Source: Oculina patagonica
Lineage: Eukaryota
Length of the DNA: 64,000 nucleotides
Assembly (NCBI RefSeq): GCF_052425735.1
Contig: NC_135762.1
Coordinates: 33,666,001-33,730,000, forward strand
Direction of reading: 5' to 3'
Under the pieces are notes generated by a model. It was not told where the DNA came from. It was given only the letters and a program-made list of their open reading frames with translations, and did not search any database. Numbering within the stretch: position 1 is the stretch's first letter; each line of letters starts with the position of its first letter. Below, piece by piece: positions 39,590 to 53,300 of the stretch. The position numbers were made by a program, and so were the translations under genes.

Positions 39590-42500
39590 TAAGCTAGGCT
39601 GCAACACGGAACTAACACAGCTATCATGAAAATGCATACGCAGAGAAAGGTATCTGCACTTTTAACCTTGTTAAACGTTTTGTTGCTGACTGCACAGTTA
39701 CAGCAAGTATTTGCTATTAATTGTAAAAATAGCCAATTAAGCCATTATTATCGAAAGTTCTATTATCTTGGTACGTTAAACTATAAAAAGAGTAGACGGC
39801 GTTGTACCTTTTAAAATCCTGATCTGTCCCTTTACTGGTCGACTTTTTAGCCAAGAAAGCACAAATAACGTAGATTTAAAAACTGAAGAAGACTAAGATA
39901 AATTTTAGAATAGAGCTTTTGACGTTGTGTCTTCTACTGTACGAAAAGTACTTTTCCGATAATTTCGTCATGTCTGGCGTTGTGGCACCCAATTTTTCCA
40001 AGTATTTTAATTTTCTATTCCTACAATAACTAATAATTGGTTTTGCTTTGAAAGCAAGAAAAATTGCTAACGCCACTGCAGGTAAACTATATCACTATGG
40101 ATATTATTGAATAGCAACAGTTTGACATTGTATTGTATTGTCAGTATTGTATTGCCAAATTTCCGAATGTAGATACAAGTTATCATAGAAAATGGCTAGA
40201 CGTCGTGATACAGAACCATTCTGAACATGTGGCACATGAAAGGGGAAAGAACTTGCTTCCTGGGATCTTTTCCTCTGAAAACACATCATAAGTACCCGTA
40301 TGTTGGAGTACCCTAACAAACCCCTAACCCATGGACTCTGTAAAAATATACCATTTATGGCTGCCAACAAATACCTTGATTATTAATCCACCGTATTGAA
40401 GAGGTGTATTTTGACTATACCAACCCATATTAAGCGTATCTGATCCCGTTTCAGTTTCTTTGTTTTTCCCGACACAATGGAGAACAACCGCCAGAATTTT
40501 CCGTTATCAATTAGTGGCTGTCAGTTGATTGTAAACTGAAAGGCAAATTTGCATGTTTTCGGAAATTATGCCAAAATTAATTGATTGTCGTGTGTGTTTT
40601 CCGCCCCGGTGTCTAGGCTAAAATTTGACAAGCAGTCAGTGCAATTGTAAAATTTAAACTTAAGTATCACACAGAGTTCAAACAATTTCCAGGACACTGT
40701 ATTTCTGTGTGAGGGACGGCTGGTATGAAAGTTAAGAAATCGTTTGACCGTTTGGCATTTATAGTGATACCTCAGGGATACCTCAAAAACGAGCTGTAGA
40801 TCAATGAAAATGTATCCTTTAGGAAAAATGCACCAAAAAAACTGTGTTATCTTCACAAACCCGTTATTTCCGAACAGCTTTTTCTCCGGATTAAAACGCT
40901 AACAACGGGCAACGCGGGTCAACGTCGCGTGGGATTGGCAGACGGTGAGCGTAGAAAATAGTCCATACCCTAAAAACAAATTCTTGCTATCCCGCATCAT
41001 TGTCCCTGGTAATAACAGGATGGGAGAATGCTTATGAGAAGATAAAGGTTCTAGCTGGTTCTAGTTTTTATGTTTAACCGGCAATTTTTTTCTAGAAAGG
41101 TCGCTTAATGGTCGATTCCTTGGGACAACTGGTACAGATTTTGCCGTTAGCGTATTTGAAATATCGTTCTCGATCACCCGCTGCGTATCTAAAGTTAAAA
41201 TGTAAATTAGGGATTTCTTTGTGATCAATATTTCTCTTGTAATGATATGTGCTGGTTCGTGAATTGCCAACTTGGTCGGTCTGGAAGAAGAGAATTTCAT
41301 GATTAGGTACCCACGTAACGAATCAGTCTTGCTTTGCGTCCATTACAACTCCTCGTTTGTGTAAAATGGCGGCCTCGGACTGGAAGATGTCGTCTGAATC
41401 ACTGTTAGTCTACAATGAAGAAGGAGGAGTATTTCAGTTTCTACTACGGGTATGTTTAAATTTGTGACCATATTGTCACAGAGTTTATATTGCATCGTTA
41501 ACTCTTCTTGTTGAATTCAGTTTGTCTGAGGCTGTTTGTACGATTAATAGCTCGCCGTTTTGATATCGTTTTAATCAGTATCAGAGTCGCTTATTTTTAA
41601 TTTTCATTTAAAGTGAAACACAACTGATACAAGCCTTATGTAAAGATAATGACCGTTTTATGTCGACCCAACGACAACTTTCAACGTCACAAATTTTTCC
41701 GCCGAGTTTTTTCTACTTGTTTCCAATTCCACATTTTTTTAACCTTCAAACTTTACGTAAAGGGAAATTTTACGTACTTTCTGATGTACCATAAGCCATA
41801 AAATCATTTAAATCCACAATGTTTATACTGATTCAATCGTTAGTAGTAGAAGTGACAGCATCTTAAAAATTCCACCGTGTTTTGCTATTTATTATTCTCT
41901 GTTACTCCCACTTACTGTATGGATGTTATTCTATTTCTTCAGTTTACTTAACCGTTAGTTTACTGAATTGAAGATACAATTGCATAGAAAAACAAAAATA
42001 TTTTCGAGCAGGTCCAAAAATATACCAATATTTAAACACGCTCGGAATAATTGGCTGCGTTTTCACGTTTTCACGCCTCAAGGTGCATAACTGCTTATTT
42101 GTTTACTTGTGAAGTGAAAGCTGTTACGTAGTATTTCTAGCTCAACTCACATACACTCTGATAACAAGAAAGCAGTCAAAAGGCAAAAATTCTTAATATT
42201 TCATTTTTGATATTATCTTATTTTACACTCATTTATGTGTTCAGTGTTCAGTGTCACATGCACGAGCAGTCTCTTGCATCGGTTGTCTTATTTTTAGTCC
42301 ACTGTAAACATATTTCCAAGTATTTCTATACACGCTATGAATAATCTAAAACTTAACATTTCGGTTTCCATGAGTTATCTTAACCCCCAACAAGAAGCGA
42401 AATGCTGGCTTAAAGAACACATTTTTTCTCTAAACGATTTCAGTTTGCGACTGCCGATACCGGTAAAACTCAAAACGCTTGTTATGTTAATCGGGTAAAA

Positions 42501-45500
42501 CGACCTTCTTGCTGCATACAATTAAAACAGCGACGGCGCGAAAAGACGATAATTCATCAAAGAAAAAGAAAATCCCCATTCCCAAACAAAGTGGTAGAAC
42601 GGCATTTGTGATGGTTTGAATCAGTTTTTTGTAACAGCTGTTTTCTAATGCACCTGTAATGTATAGCTCCAATACAATGATTCACAGCATGTCACTCTCC
42701 TTCCTCCCTCATTGCTTTATATTTTACATTTGTGATGATCGGCACTCGGGCGATAACAACGGAATAGAAAAAAACAAAATGCTTTTAGTTTTCCTCTAGA
42801 CAATGGACTACCTTTGAGCATTTGTTTTTTCGATTTTTTCGGGCGAATTGTAACTTTATTTTTGCGTATGCTACCCTGACGATCAAAAACGCCACGGCAT
42901 GTTGCCTTGAAAAATGTTTATGTCTTAGTTCTGCGCCTGCTCAGGATAAAAGGCAGGTTTCTGATGTCACGTACAGATCGTCTCTAAGGAAAGGCCAAAC
43001 AGGCGCTGTAATTACAAGCCTGACCTAAAGCCGGGCAGAGTGTTGCTTCAAATCATCCATGATGACGGAACGAAGCGAGCTCACGTGCAACATCGTCCCG
43101 GCATTGACGTGAAACTTCATCGTCGCGTGTTTCCTGCTTCCTACCTTGTCACTTCTGTTTCACGGTTTTGTAAAAAAAAAATCGTAAAATTTTAGTAGCT
43201 CCATTACAGACATACTGAACAATTCATTCAAGTACAACATAAATATATTAGGGTTACTAGCTGCAGCAGAAATAAAATTCAAGATATCTCCCATATTTCT
43301 TAAAACATTTTTGCGAAGGGTAGTCTAGTTTACAGGACCTTCGCACCAACATGGCGGGCGCGTTCGAAAGCTCGTCTCATTTTCGACGTCATTAGGCGAT
43401 AATTAATATTACTTAAATTTGCTGTTAAAGGTAGCAAGAACTGATAAATTTAATTCAAATTTGCTTTTAAAGGTAGCGAGAGTACTAAGTAACTTAATTT
43501 TAAAAAGTGCTTATTAATTTAAATCAGACTTTGTCGACTAACTTCAAGTGGTCAGGTCAAACACTGACTACAGGAAACCTGTATCCACGGTATCTTTTCT
43601 ATACGTGTATATTTTCAAAAATATTTTACTTCTTTAAGATTAGAAGTCGAGTTTTTTGCCAGCCCTTTAAAAGGCCGCGGTGATTTAAAAGGTTTCAGTT
43701 TTCCCAGTTTAATCATCTAGGATTTTCTGCAGATAACCTCCGTAATTTAATTCTTTTTCATTTGTCAATTTCCATCTTGTAGTTAGTGACCGTTATCTAC
43801 AGGGTGGGATACTTTATCAATAGTATATACCACACAAGTGAACAGTTTTCGCGCAATCTTATTGGTAAATATCCACCACTGTTGACTTCCACTTTGGTGA
43901 ATAATTGTTAATTATTCATAGCCTGCAGTTATCATGAGTATTCAGTCGCCATTGGCCCTATAAATGCATTATTACGACAGTTCCTTTTATACCTGAAATT
44001 TTCTCAAACCTCTGTCATCTTCATACGGTTTTCACGTGTGTATTGTTTTCATGTTTGCTTCTTTGAGAATTCGTCCATGATAAAATTTAGGGTGAAATTG
44101 AAGCTTGAAGGTGAAATTAGCTAGTCAGACGTAAATATGACTGGCAATTTAGGATTGATATTTGTTATTCTAGATGTATTGAACTGTAAGGGTTGTGAGA
44201 AGGGCAATACATTGCAGAACAATTATTCGCTGGGCACTTTTAAAGAAAAAAACGAGTTTCGTTTTATCTTTGAATTCTTTTTGAAATTTTTCCACTGATG
44301 TCTAAAAGGGTTTTTGATCAGTGTTATCGTGACATAGTGATTAAGTTTTTAAAATATTTACATTGATGGACACTGATGGATATGTGCATAGTGCAAGCTA
44401 GTTTTACTGAACTGATATGATATGCAAATTTAGCGTTGGTCTACATGCCATCCGCCTGGGTATTTGACACCTGTTCAAGAAATGTGAACTTACAAGACAG
44501 ATCCGGAACCAATAAAATGCCAAAACAATTGTTAGAACTTCAAGTTATGCGCGGTCATCAACTTTGCAATTTACTTGACAATATTAATTTTCGTCCGTGT
44601 TGTTGGCGCGGCTTCGCTTTCCAAGTTATTGGATTAAACGGCCGATGAGAACGAGTCAATAACTGAAGGTAACTTGCTTTTGCCTCCAGCGAGATCATAT
44701 TTCATTTCAGGTGTGCGAAATTCCTTCAAGTGCTAAAACAAGATGTATTTCAATTTAGCTGGGGGCGGTAATCAGGCAGCTCACACGCTACGATGTTTAC
44801 CGTACCGGTCATTTCGCTTAGACTGCGGGTTGTGTGGCAATGTTGACAAAGTAGTTTCTTTAAGATGAAATCGGCCTGGTTGGATCAAAATCTATTACAT
44901 TTCACGTATTTTATGTATCAAGCAGTAGTGTATTGTTAAAATTTTCATTTCATGCCCTAGAGCCGTTAAATAAGCCGCAATTACCTTTAAAATAGCCTTT
45001 TAGCAGCCTTCGCAACGTCTTTCAATAGACGCCAACTTCATCTGTGCTAGTCTTTGCAGATATTCAGTTTTTATGGGGTGAAAATGAGGGCGGCAACATT
45101 TGAAAAAAAAAACATATTTGAAAGCTTATTTTGGCGTTACGAGTAAAAATTTATCCGCGTTTAGGAAAATGTTTTTATATAACCGAACTCCGGCCGCGGA
45201 AAATGTTGAAATTAACTTTGTAAATTGTCGCTTGTAGATTTTCTAATATTTTAATTCGAAACTCCCGTACAGAGTTTGGCCACAAAACTTTGAATATCAG
45301 ACTCCTTCTCGGTGAATTTAACAAAATCGTGGAGAACACCTGTTTTGCAGGGTGTTTTGTTTTCGCATGCGGTTTCATTTTATTTATTTTCAAACTCATC
45401 TATACGGGGCTCATGTTATACATCTTATTACCAAGCAGTTTGATTGCCAAGCGAGTGCAAATGAGATCTCTACGTGTTTTGGAGAGACACACGCTCGTGA

Positions 45501-46522
45501 ACAACAGAAAAGCATATTAGTTTATTTTGGCCTGTACCGCCTCAAACCACTGCACCCGCAGTAGTTATAAAACAAAACCACAAGTTAAATTTAGCTTTGG
45601 TTGGAGGATACGAACTTTTATTACTCTCTATTTTTTCAAATCGCAGAGTTTTTTCTGCAAACGCGATCTCTTTTGTCGTTTACTTGATAAATGTCAGATG
45701 AATTTTAATTTTGTATTTTTCTGTTTTGACGTAGTCCTCTTTACAAAAATGAAACTTTTATCACAACACTCAACTCATTCACCTAATTGGATAGCATCCA
45801 CTGTAAGTGTTTACTCGTTATTCCCAAAGATTGACCAGAGTCTGATTTCTCCTTACAATTTCAACACATTGTCAAACAAAAAGGTGATGAGAATAATGAA
45901 AAACATCAACTGAGAGATAATGATGTACGCCAAATTCAACACGATAGAGGCTTGTCAGTAGCTTAGTTTATCAATATAATGTTCAATTTTACTCCATAGA
46001 AAATATAATTGTATGTAAATAAGAATATTGTTAACTGACACACAGGAAACTGATCCAAGACACTTCACTCACAAATAATCAAATTAAATACAAACAGTGA
46101 TCAAAATTAAGGATCTTTTCGCTGAATATACCTAATAAGGATATTATTATTATTATTAGCGACAACTACACTCGGTGAATGTATTTAATCCACGTAATGA
46201 AAATCATTTATTTTTTCCACGCCCTAAATTTACAAGTCGCTTAGAAGCGCTTTAAATTAAAAACCAAAACTCTAATTATCGTCCAATCGCTTAAATAAAT
46301 AGTTGCTAGGTCTTGTTAAGGGAACGTGCTGTTTAATCAAAGCAGCGAAACAGAGAGGTTTTAAAGGTAGTGTTATCTTAGTTACAACGTTGACGGCATG
46401 GAAGATTTTTGTTTCATTGTATTGGTGCTCATTACGCGTAGCATTAATCTTGTCGGTAGGCCATACGAGTTTATGTTGCACGATTTCACGGGTGCCAAGA
46501 TTTTACCAAGAGTATATTTTAA

Positions 46523-46823
46523 GGAGGCGCGGTGGCCTAATGGTTAGCGCGTTCGCCTCCGAGTCGAACGGCCCGGGTTCGAGGCCTGGCCGGGGCGCTG
46601 CGTTGTGTTCTTGGGCAAGACACTTTACTCTCACAGTGCCTCTCTCCACCCAGGTGTACAAATGGGTACCGGCGATTTTACTGCTGGGGGTAACCCTGCG
46701 ATGGACTAGCATCCCATCCAGGGGGGAGTAGCAATACTCCTAGTCGCTTAATGCTACGTAAACCGGGATAAGCTGCGGCTGTATGAGCCTCATGGCTCGG
46801 ACACAGACTTTACCTTTTTTACC
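46523..46823 (+). mobile_element. Full-length tRNA-derived SINE with 14-bp TSD
   Basis: A box GGTGGCCTAATGG, B box GGTTCGAGGC, CORE-like TGTGTTCTTGGGCAAGACACTT, (TTTACC)-type tail; ATATTTTAAGGAGG duplicated at 46514-46527 and 46824-46837. Confidence 0.9.
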
Positions 46824-48849
46824 ATATTTTAAGGAGGAAATGCATGTTCTTGTTTAACTTTCGTTCCACTTATTGATTAATGTAGATATTTTCCCTTTAT
46901 TGTTAAACATCTTTTGTCCACTTTATGTTTGCAATTTCGAAGCTTAAAAATGCATTGCCTGTGTATATCGTAGAACCACAATTACTCCTCCTTCCTTTTG
47001 AAAGCTTAACAACAAGAATACATAAATTAAATACATAAATTAGAAATTACATTTTAAGCTTAAAGGATTTGTTTTTTTACTAAAAAATACTGTCGACTCG
47101 CTCGTGGAATACAATTGCTAGTGACGCGGAAGTTGTTTCATGCAGCATCCACAAAACACCATCAAGTGAAAACGGTGCTGTTTTGAAAAGCTTTTTCCAC
47201 GTTCCTCGTCAGAGTGTCGCCATACGAAAAGAGTTCCTGTCTGACAAAACCGCAGGCAGTAAATTATTTTGGAAATTGGGCGTTCGATTAACATTGCATT
47301 CTAAAAACGGAAAAGGCAAAGATGTAATGTTTTTCAATCAGTGCGAGAGTAAAGAAGATAAAAGATTGTTACAGGTTTATAAACGTCTTCGGTGACCAGA
47401 CCTCTTTGGAGGAGGGGGGGGGGGGGGGGGTGAAAAACATGTATTTGCTGCGAGAAAGCATAGCATACCATTCTAGAATACTTTTGCGAAAACCTTTTAA
47501 CGGATAATCAATTGTCACAATTGAGTGCATTCTGAGTGCATTCTGCTAAAGGTTGTGTCTTTAAAAAAGGTATCAAACACTTTGTAGATATCAATATCAT
47601 CTTTGGCACGGGCTATCAGTTAAGTGGCTGTTTGGATAGACAATGTGAAGAAACTTTTAGATTCATTTGCTATTATTTTTTACTAATTGGCCTTAAATCA
47701 TTAGCACCAGTTGAACTGTCGGCAAATACTTTATGCAATTAGGTGTCAAGTTTCTAACACAGTATCAACCAATGTTGAAGTTACAAACGCAAACATTGGA
47801 TTTGGGGCTTGTCCTGCGGTCCCAATTTGGAAATGCAGCTGCCTTAAATGCATCTTAGATAGGTTTGCTGGCCAAATTACCAAATCATGTGTCTGTAATT
47901 ACACCTTATCTCAACTGCACGCGATGTAAGTTTGAATTTCACAACAACGATAACAACATCACCAAGACTTGATGTCCTAAAGTTAGTATAGTTGTTTGGC
48001 TCTGGCAGAACTTGGTTAAGACAAGCTCTTCTCAACTCATTCGCTGTATGCCATGCCTGCCCCTGTTTCAATCACTGAGTCCCCTTCAAGTGCGGTAAGT
48101 GTCTTTATTCCTAGTGAAATCCTAAAACCACTGTATGTATTCTGGAGAAGAAGCAGAGCTGTCAAGTGTTTGCCTTTTATCGTGATGCGATTTAACGAGG
48201 GCAGCGTTTATTGCTTCATTCATTTTCTTCACTTAAGCGTAAATGAACGGCGTGTGATTAAGCATTTCAGTGTTCGGAAACTGCTGTTAAATAGTAGTGT
48301 AATTGTCCTTGTAAAGTACTTGACCTTTTCTAAACTTTTTTGAAGAACCTTGATACCACCTATAATTTTATGGTCAAATAGAAGAGCACAGGTTTGGAGA
48401 ACAGTGCGGCGATTGAAAATTAGGGAAATGCATCTCAACTAAGAAATTTCATGCTTCTTGAAAAAATACTTTTCGTTTCGTTTTTTCGTTAACAATACTC
48501 ATGTGATGACTTAGTTTTTTCTATACCCAACAACAATGATGTTGAGAGTATTTTTTGAACAGATCCTTCAAAATAGCGAATCATGGTCGTTACAGCTAGT
48601 ACCTTACGCTTCATGGGAAACTCACCAAAAATTCACGTATCGCCTACTCACGAATCATGCAACCAAACACGAATAGCGCTTCCATGTCAGAACACTCGAC
48701 ACACCACACACTTCATAGTTCTCTTGCGACGTTTATCAATCTTCTCAAACAACACCAAGTGTTAACTCGAAGCTTAGAAAGCCTCTTGGCGTCGATTTTA
48801 GACACGAAAACCTGGAGGTATGTCGCTTAATTTGGATGATTCACAAATC

Positions 48850-48913
48850 GCGCTGTCACTGCGTCAAAGCACTGAAGCACGCGCTGACACTGCGTCAGAG
48901 CACTGAAGCACGC
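48850..48913. repeat. 31-bp tandem duplication
   Basis: CGCGCTG(T/A)CACTGCGTCA(A/G)AGCACTGAAGCA x2. Confidence 0.8.
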
Positions 48914-50350
48914 ACTTCACGATGCTCTCTTGAAGTGTAATTTATATGGTAACTTTCTTCTCGTTATAAAAACCCTCTGGCGTTGATATTTAGACCTGAA
49001 GTGCCCGGTAGTTTGTCAGTTAATCTATATGCTTTACGAAGCGCCCTATCATGTTATGCAAATTAAGTGTTCTAAAATGACATTTCTATTATCTTCTAGG
49101 AAGGATATACCTTTTTTGATCCCGTTTATAGCGGGAGAATCGTTACTGATATAATAATACCTTAACACAGATCCAGAGACAAAAATATTATAATTTGAAC
49201 AGTGTTTTCATCGGTCTTTAATGTAATAGTTCACAAAACAATTTGTGTTGCGTGACTGTTTAAAAACAAAGTAAGGCAAATAGCTTTTCCGTCGAGTGCT
49301 ATTTGCCTTAAATGGACTTCCTTTCAAGTGAAAACTGTCGATACCTAAAACATAAACAGAAGTGTGCATTAACCTTTAGCTTAGTCATCGGTCAAAAATA
49401 ACCAGTGAGGATGTGTTTAACTATGGCAACTGTCATTTCTAAAGAAAGGTTCATATCGTCCGCGTGTCACCGACGGGCAAACGTTTTGGAAGGCTCTAAA
49501 TTTAAAGCAACACCAGGTCGACCGCGAGGCGATAAATATATTATTTTTAGCAAAAAATGCGCGGAATTGTTCTGACTCGCTATTTTGTACTTGGTGTGAG
49601 TTTTGTTTTTCTTTTGTATTTTTCAATGCAAAACAAAATTTTTACAATCGAATTAGAATGAAGTTATTAATTATTCACATACTCACGACAGATGGTGGCG
49701 TGTTGTTACTGAGCTCCATATCGGCTCCATATCTAGGATACAAAACTAATTATTGTTTGAAACGTTCGCCTCATTGTCCTTGTATCATCTAAAGATCACG
49801 TCTCCAACTGCTCTAACATAATCGAACCTTGTCATCGTACCGAATGCGAAAACCGCACTTGCATCGTGTAGACCAACATCAGCTTAAGATCGTGAGACAG
49901 GACATGTAATCCGTGACATTTAGCTCGATAAAAACAGTTTCTATCGACGAGTGAACAGTTCGTCGCCCGCAGTGTTGTTAGATCGCGCCGAGCCGAGTAC
50001 ACGTAACTGTAGTACAAACACAAATTAGTTCCAAGATGCTGAAGATGGTAAGAGCAGTGTAAACATTTGCGAAACATTTCCGCTACATGTGCTGGCAAAC
50101 CTCATATTTGCGTAATAGATTTGCAGAAGAAATTCAAGCTTAGTTTGTATTCTATGGTCTTCTATGTGAATGAAACTCGGCGTTCGGGCTACAACGGAGT
50201 AGTCACGCGTGAGCTGCGTTTGTCGTCCCCCCCTTTTCGGTGACATGCATCTAACACCTGACATTACCTTTCTCAAACAGTTTGCCCGTATCGCCCGGGC
50301 GTACAGCCAACAAGCGGCTGATAACATAGTTCTTTTTGTTTCCGTTTTAG

Positions 50351-53300
50351 ATCATGGCGGCGTTCAAGAGATGGCGGTCGAAGTACAAGCGCTACAAAAA
50401 TCAAATTCCCGATCAAATGAGGAACAGAATCATCTTGCACTATGGACTCTTCAAAATAACATGGGATTGGATGATTCTCATACTAGTCCTTTATACAGCA
50501 ATTGAAGTACCATTCGTATCCGCCTTTATAATCGCGCGTGACGACGAAGGAAAAAACGCCAGTAAGTATAATATTGACAAAATAATGTGCCGCTAAGATT
50601 GTACTCAGCTAATGTGCGCGCGCGTTGTGAGTGTGTCCGTTTTATAAACCTCCTTGTTGTAGTTATCAGCATTATCAGTGTGCTAAATTCCAGCCTGCGG
50701 AGTGTCGTAATTAGGCCGTACAGGTCATTTCAAATTTTTGCGCTTAGGTCATCTAATTGGTATTTTTTTTTCTCCTTCGTTTATCAGATGGAAATGTCTT
50801 TGAACTTTATTTATATTGTCTTTCTCGTGACCTGTAAGGAACTTCGAACGTTTTTTTTTAAGTCGACGCTGAAATAATTGAAGTTTACCCAGTTGATGTG
50901 TATTTAGTTGATGTGTGATTAGGGTCAGCTATAACTCGTTCCCTAGTGTTGACAAACTTAGCTTCATTTGGACCTTTCTTTGAATTCTTTCTTAGTTTCG
51001 TTTACAATATAAATAGTTCTTGGAAACTCGTATTTTTTAAAGGATGTGTTAACGAAGTAAATATTTCTAGAACAAAATAAATATTATTTTCTTTTCAGCA
51101 GATATAAAATAGCATATGTTAATATATCATTACTGGCTGAAAAGCACTAATTTTGCCCTTCATAAACTGGCAAAAAATGTGCATATTAATACGTTTGTCT
51201 TCTACTGTCGATGAAATTTTCAATAATGCTTAGACAGTCTTGGCTTAATGCTCATCACACAACACTTCACAAGCACTTATCAGAAATATTCAAACATCTC
51301 CTCTTCACTATATCTTCACTATACATCTTTGCGATCATTTAACCTCCTTCATTTCAAGCTATCCTCATACATTTATGGTAGAAACAGATGGCTCCGCATT
51401 TTTAAGGGATTTCGCTCACTAATATCACTCGCTGTTATATCGCGGTTTTTTGCGCGGAAGCATGTCGTGTGATACGCAATTAGGAGAGCCTGTTTGCATT
51501 GTGGTTGTAATTGTTAGGACAAAACCTCGTTCGTTTTGTTAGGACAAAATAGCCAGTCCTTATTTGTATGCAAATCGACAGTATTTGAGTTAGGGTGCAA
51601 GTCAGTGGGAAAGGTGGGAATTGTAAATGATTGTTTATAGCAATGATTCTTTATATACCTTTGTGCTGAATATATCTTTTTACTTGAAACTGTTTACACT
51701 GATATTACAACGAACCCGCGTAAGAGTACTGTGAGAGTTCCATATTTTTTTCACATATAATTATCCCTCTATTAAAAAATGCCCATCAATAATTCATCCT
51801 TGCTTCACATCATATTAGCAGGACTGCTCTTTGAAAAAGTCTTTATTCCATATGCACAAGTATGATCTCGAACTTGACCGGTAAAATTCGTTTTCTATGA
51901 TCACTTTCGAGAAGTAAACACAGTCCCTCTTAGTGACGAGGAAGTCGCCAAAGCATTTCTTTTGTTGCAACACTGACAGCCTCTTCGCCGGCCGTTCAAG
52001 AAATCGATTTGCGTCTTACTTATAAGTGAAAATGTAAGCTAAAGCAATAAAGTCAGAAAGGAATTCAAACGGGCCATGGATGGACACAGGTCGCACACGA
52101 TTCATTATCAGTTGGCATTTAATCATTTTAGCTGTCATCACGTACCAAGCTCAACACCTGTTCTTGGCGGGAAATCCGCTTTGAGCCACAGTCTAATAAC
52201 TTCAAACAAACTGCCGGTGTCTTTTGTTTTCAATACTGCATTTAAAATTTCCCGTCAAATAAAAAATTCCCGCCAGACTTGTATATACAGTAATTACACC
52301 TTTCACCATATTGACATTATCTTGTCATTTAAATGTCTCTCAACCAAGCCTATTGATATAGTAATATTTGCAGCCTAACTTATTAAGGGCAAGGGAGGTG
52401 GAGAGAAAATAGCCTTTTTTACATAGTTAGTAACCTTTTTATAACAGCGAATATCGATTATTTTGGGTGCAATTGAACAGGGGATACTCTTTCCAGGTAC
52501 TGTATCTTCCAGATACAAACCCCGGTGGGGCTGAAGGGGGTGGGGAACTGCCATTTAAAGGTGGCGGAGATTTTCGACCCCCGTGAAAGGCCTAATGTTA
52601 AAGCCTACTACTAGAAAAAAGTAAAACAAAAAGTAATTGTAAACTAATGTTTTTGCTCCACTGCCAGTGTTAAAATAGCTGGTAGTTTGTCTACATCTAC
52701 ATTTTATTAAGTCGGTAAAAGTCCATTCGGATATCACACCAACGTCTTAACATAATTACAGTGATTGTTCGATAAAAAAATACAATGTAGAGACTAATTT
52801 ATTCCTGAGAGGCCCATCTTGCATGCGCCATCCATCATCAAAATTGGGATTGCTAAGGAAATCCAATCAGAATGCACTTTTTATCGCGGTCCAGTTTGCG
52901 ATTAATTGTGCCTTTTACATTTCATAAGACTGTGATCATTGACTGCGTCGCGTGTTTTCTTCACAGCTGAAGATGGTTCATTAGATTTCTTCGAGACGTT
53001 AAGACGTCGATACCCAGAAGCTTATCCTCTACTCTACACTGATCTGATCATAGACTTTCTTTTCATGATCGATATTCTGATGAATTTCCGCACCACTTAT
53101 GTGAAGGAAGGCGAGGTCCTTATAACCAATCCGTGGAAGATTGCAGTTCATTATTTAAAGACGTACTTTGTAGTGGATTTTGTAGCTGCCATTCCCTGGG
53201 ACTTACTAGCCAGCTTCAACTCTGGAACGGAAGAGGTTAGTGCCTAGAATGCGAAACTTACCTAACAGAGGAAAACAGTTGTTAAGCCAAACAAAAACGT

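Noticed and set aside
46523-46600. tRNA gene (also 63660-63735)
   Set aside because: The A and B boxes belong to SINE heads; there is no complete cloverleaf and SINE bodies follow.
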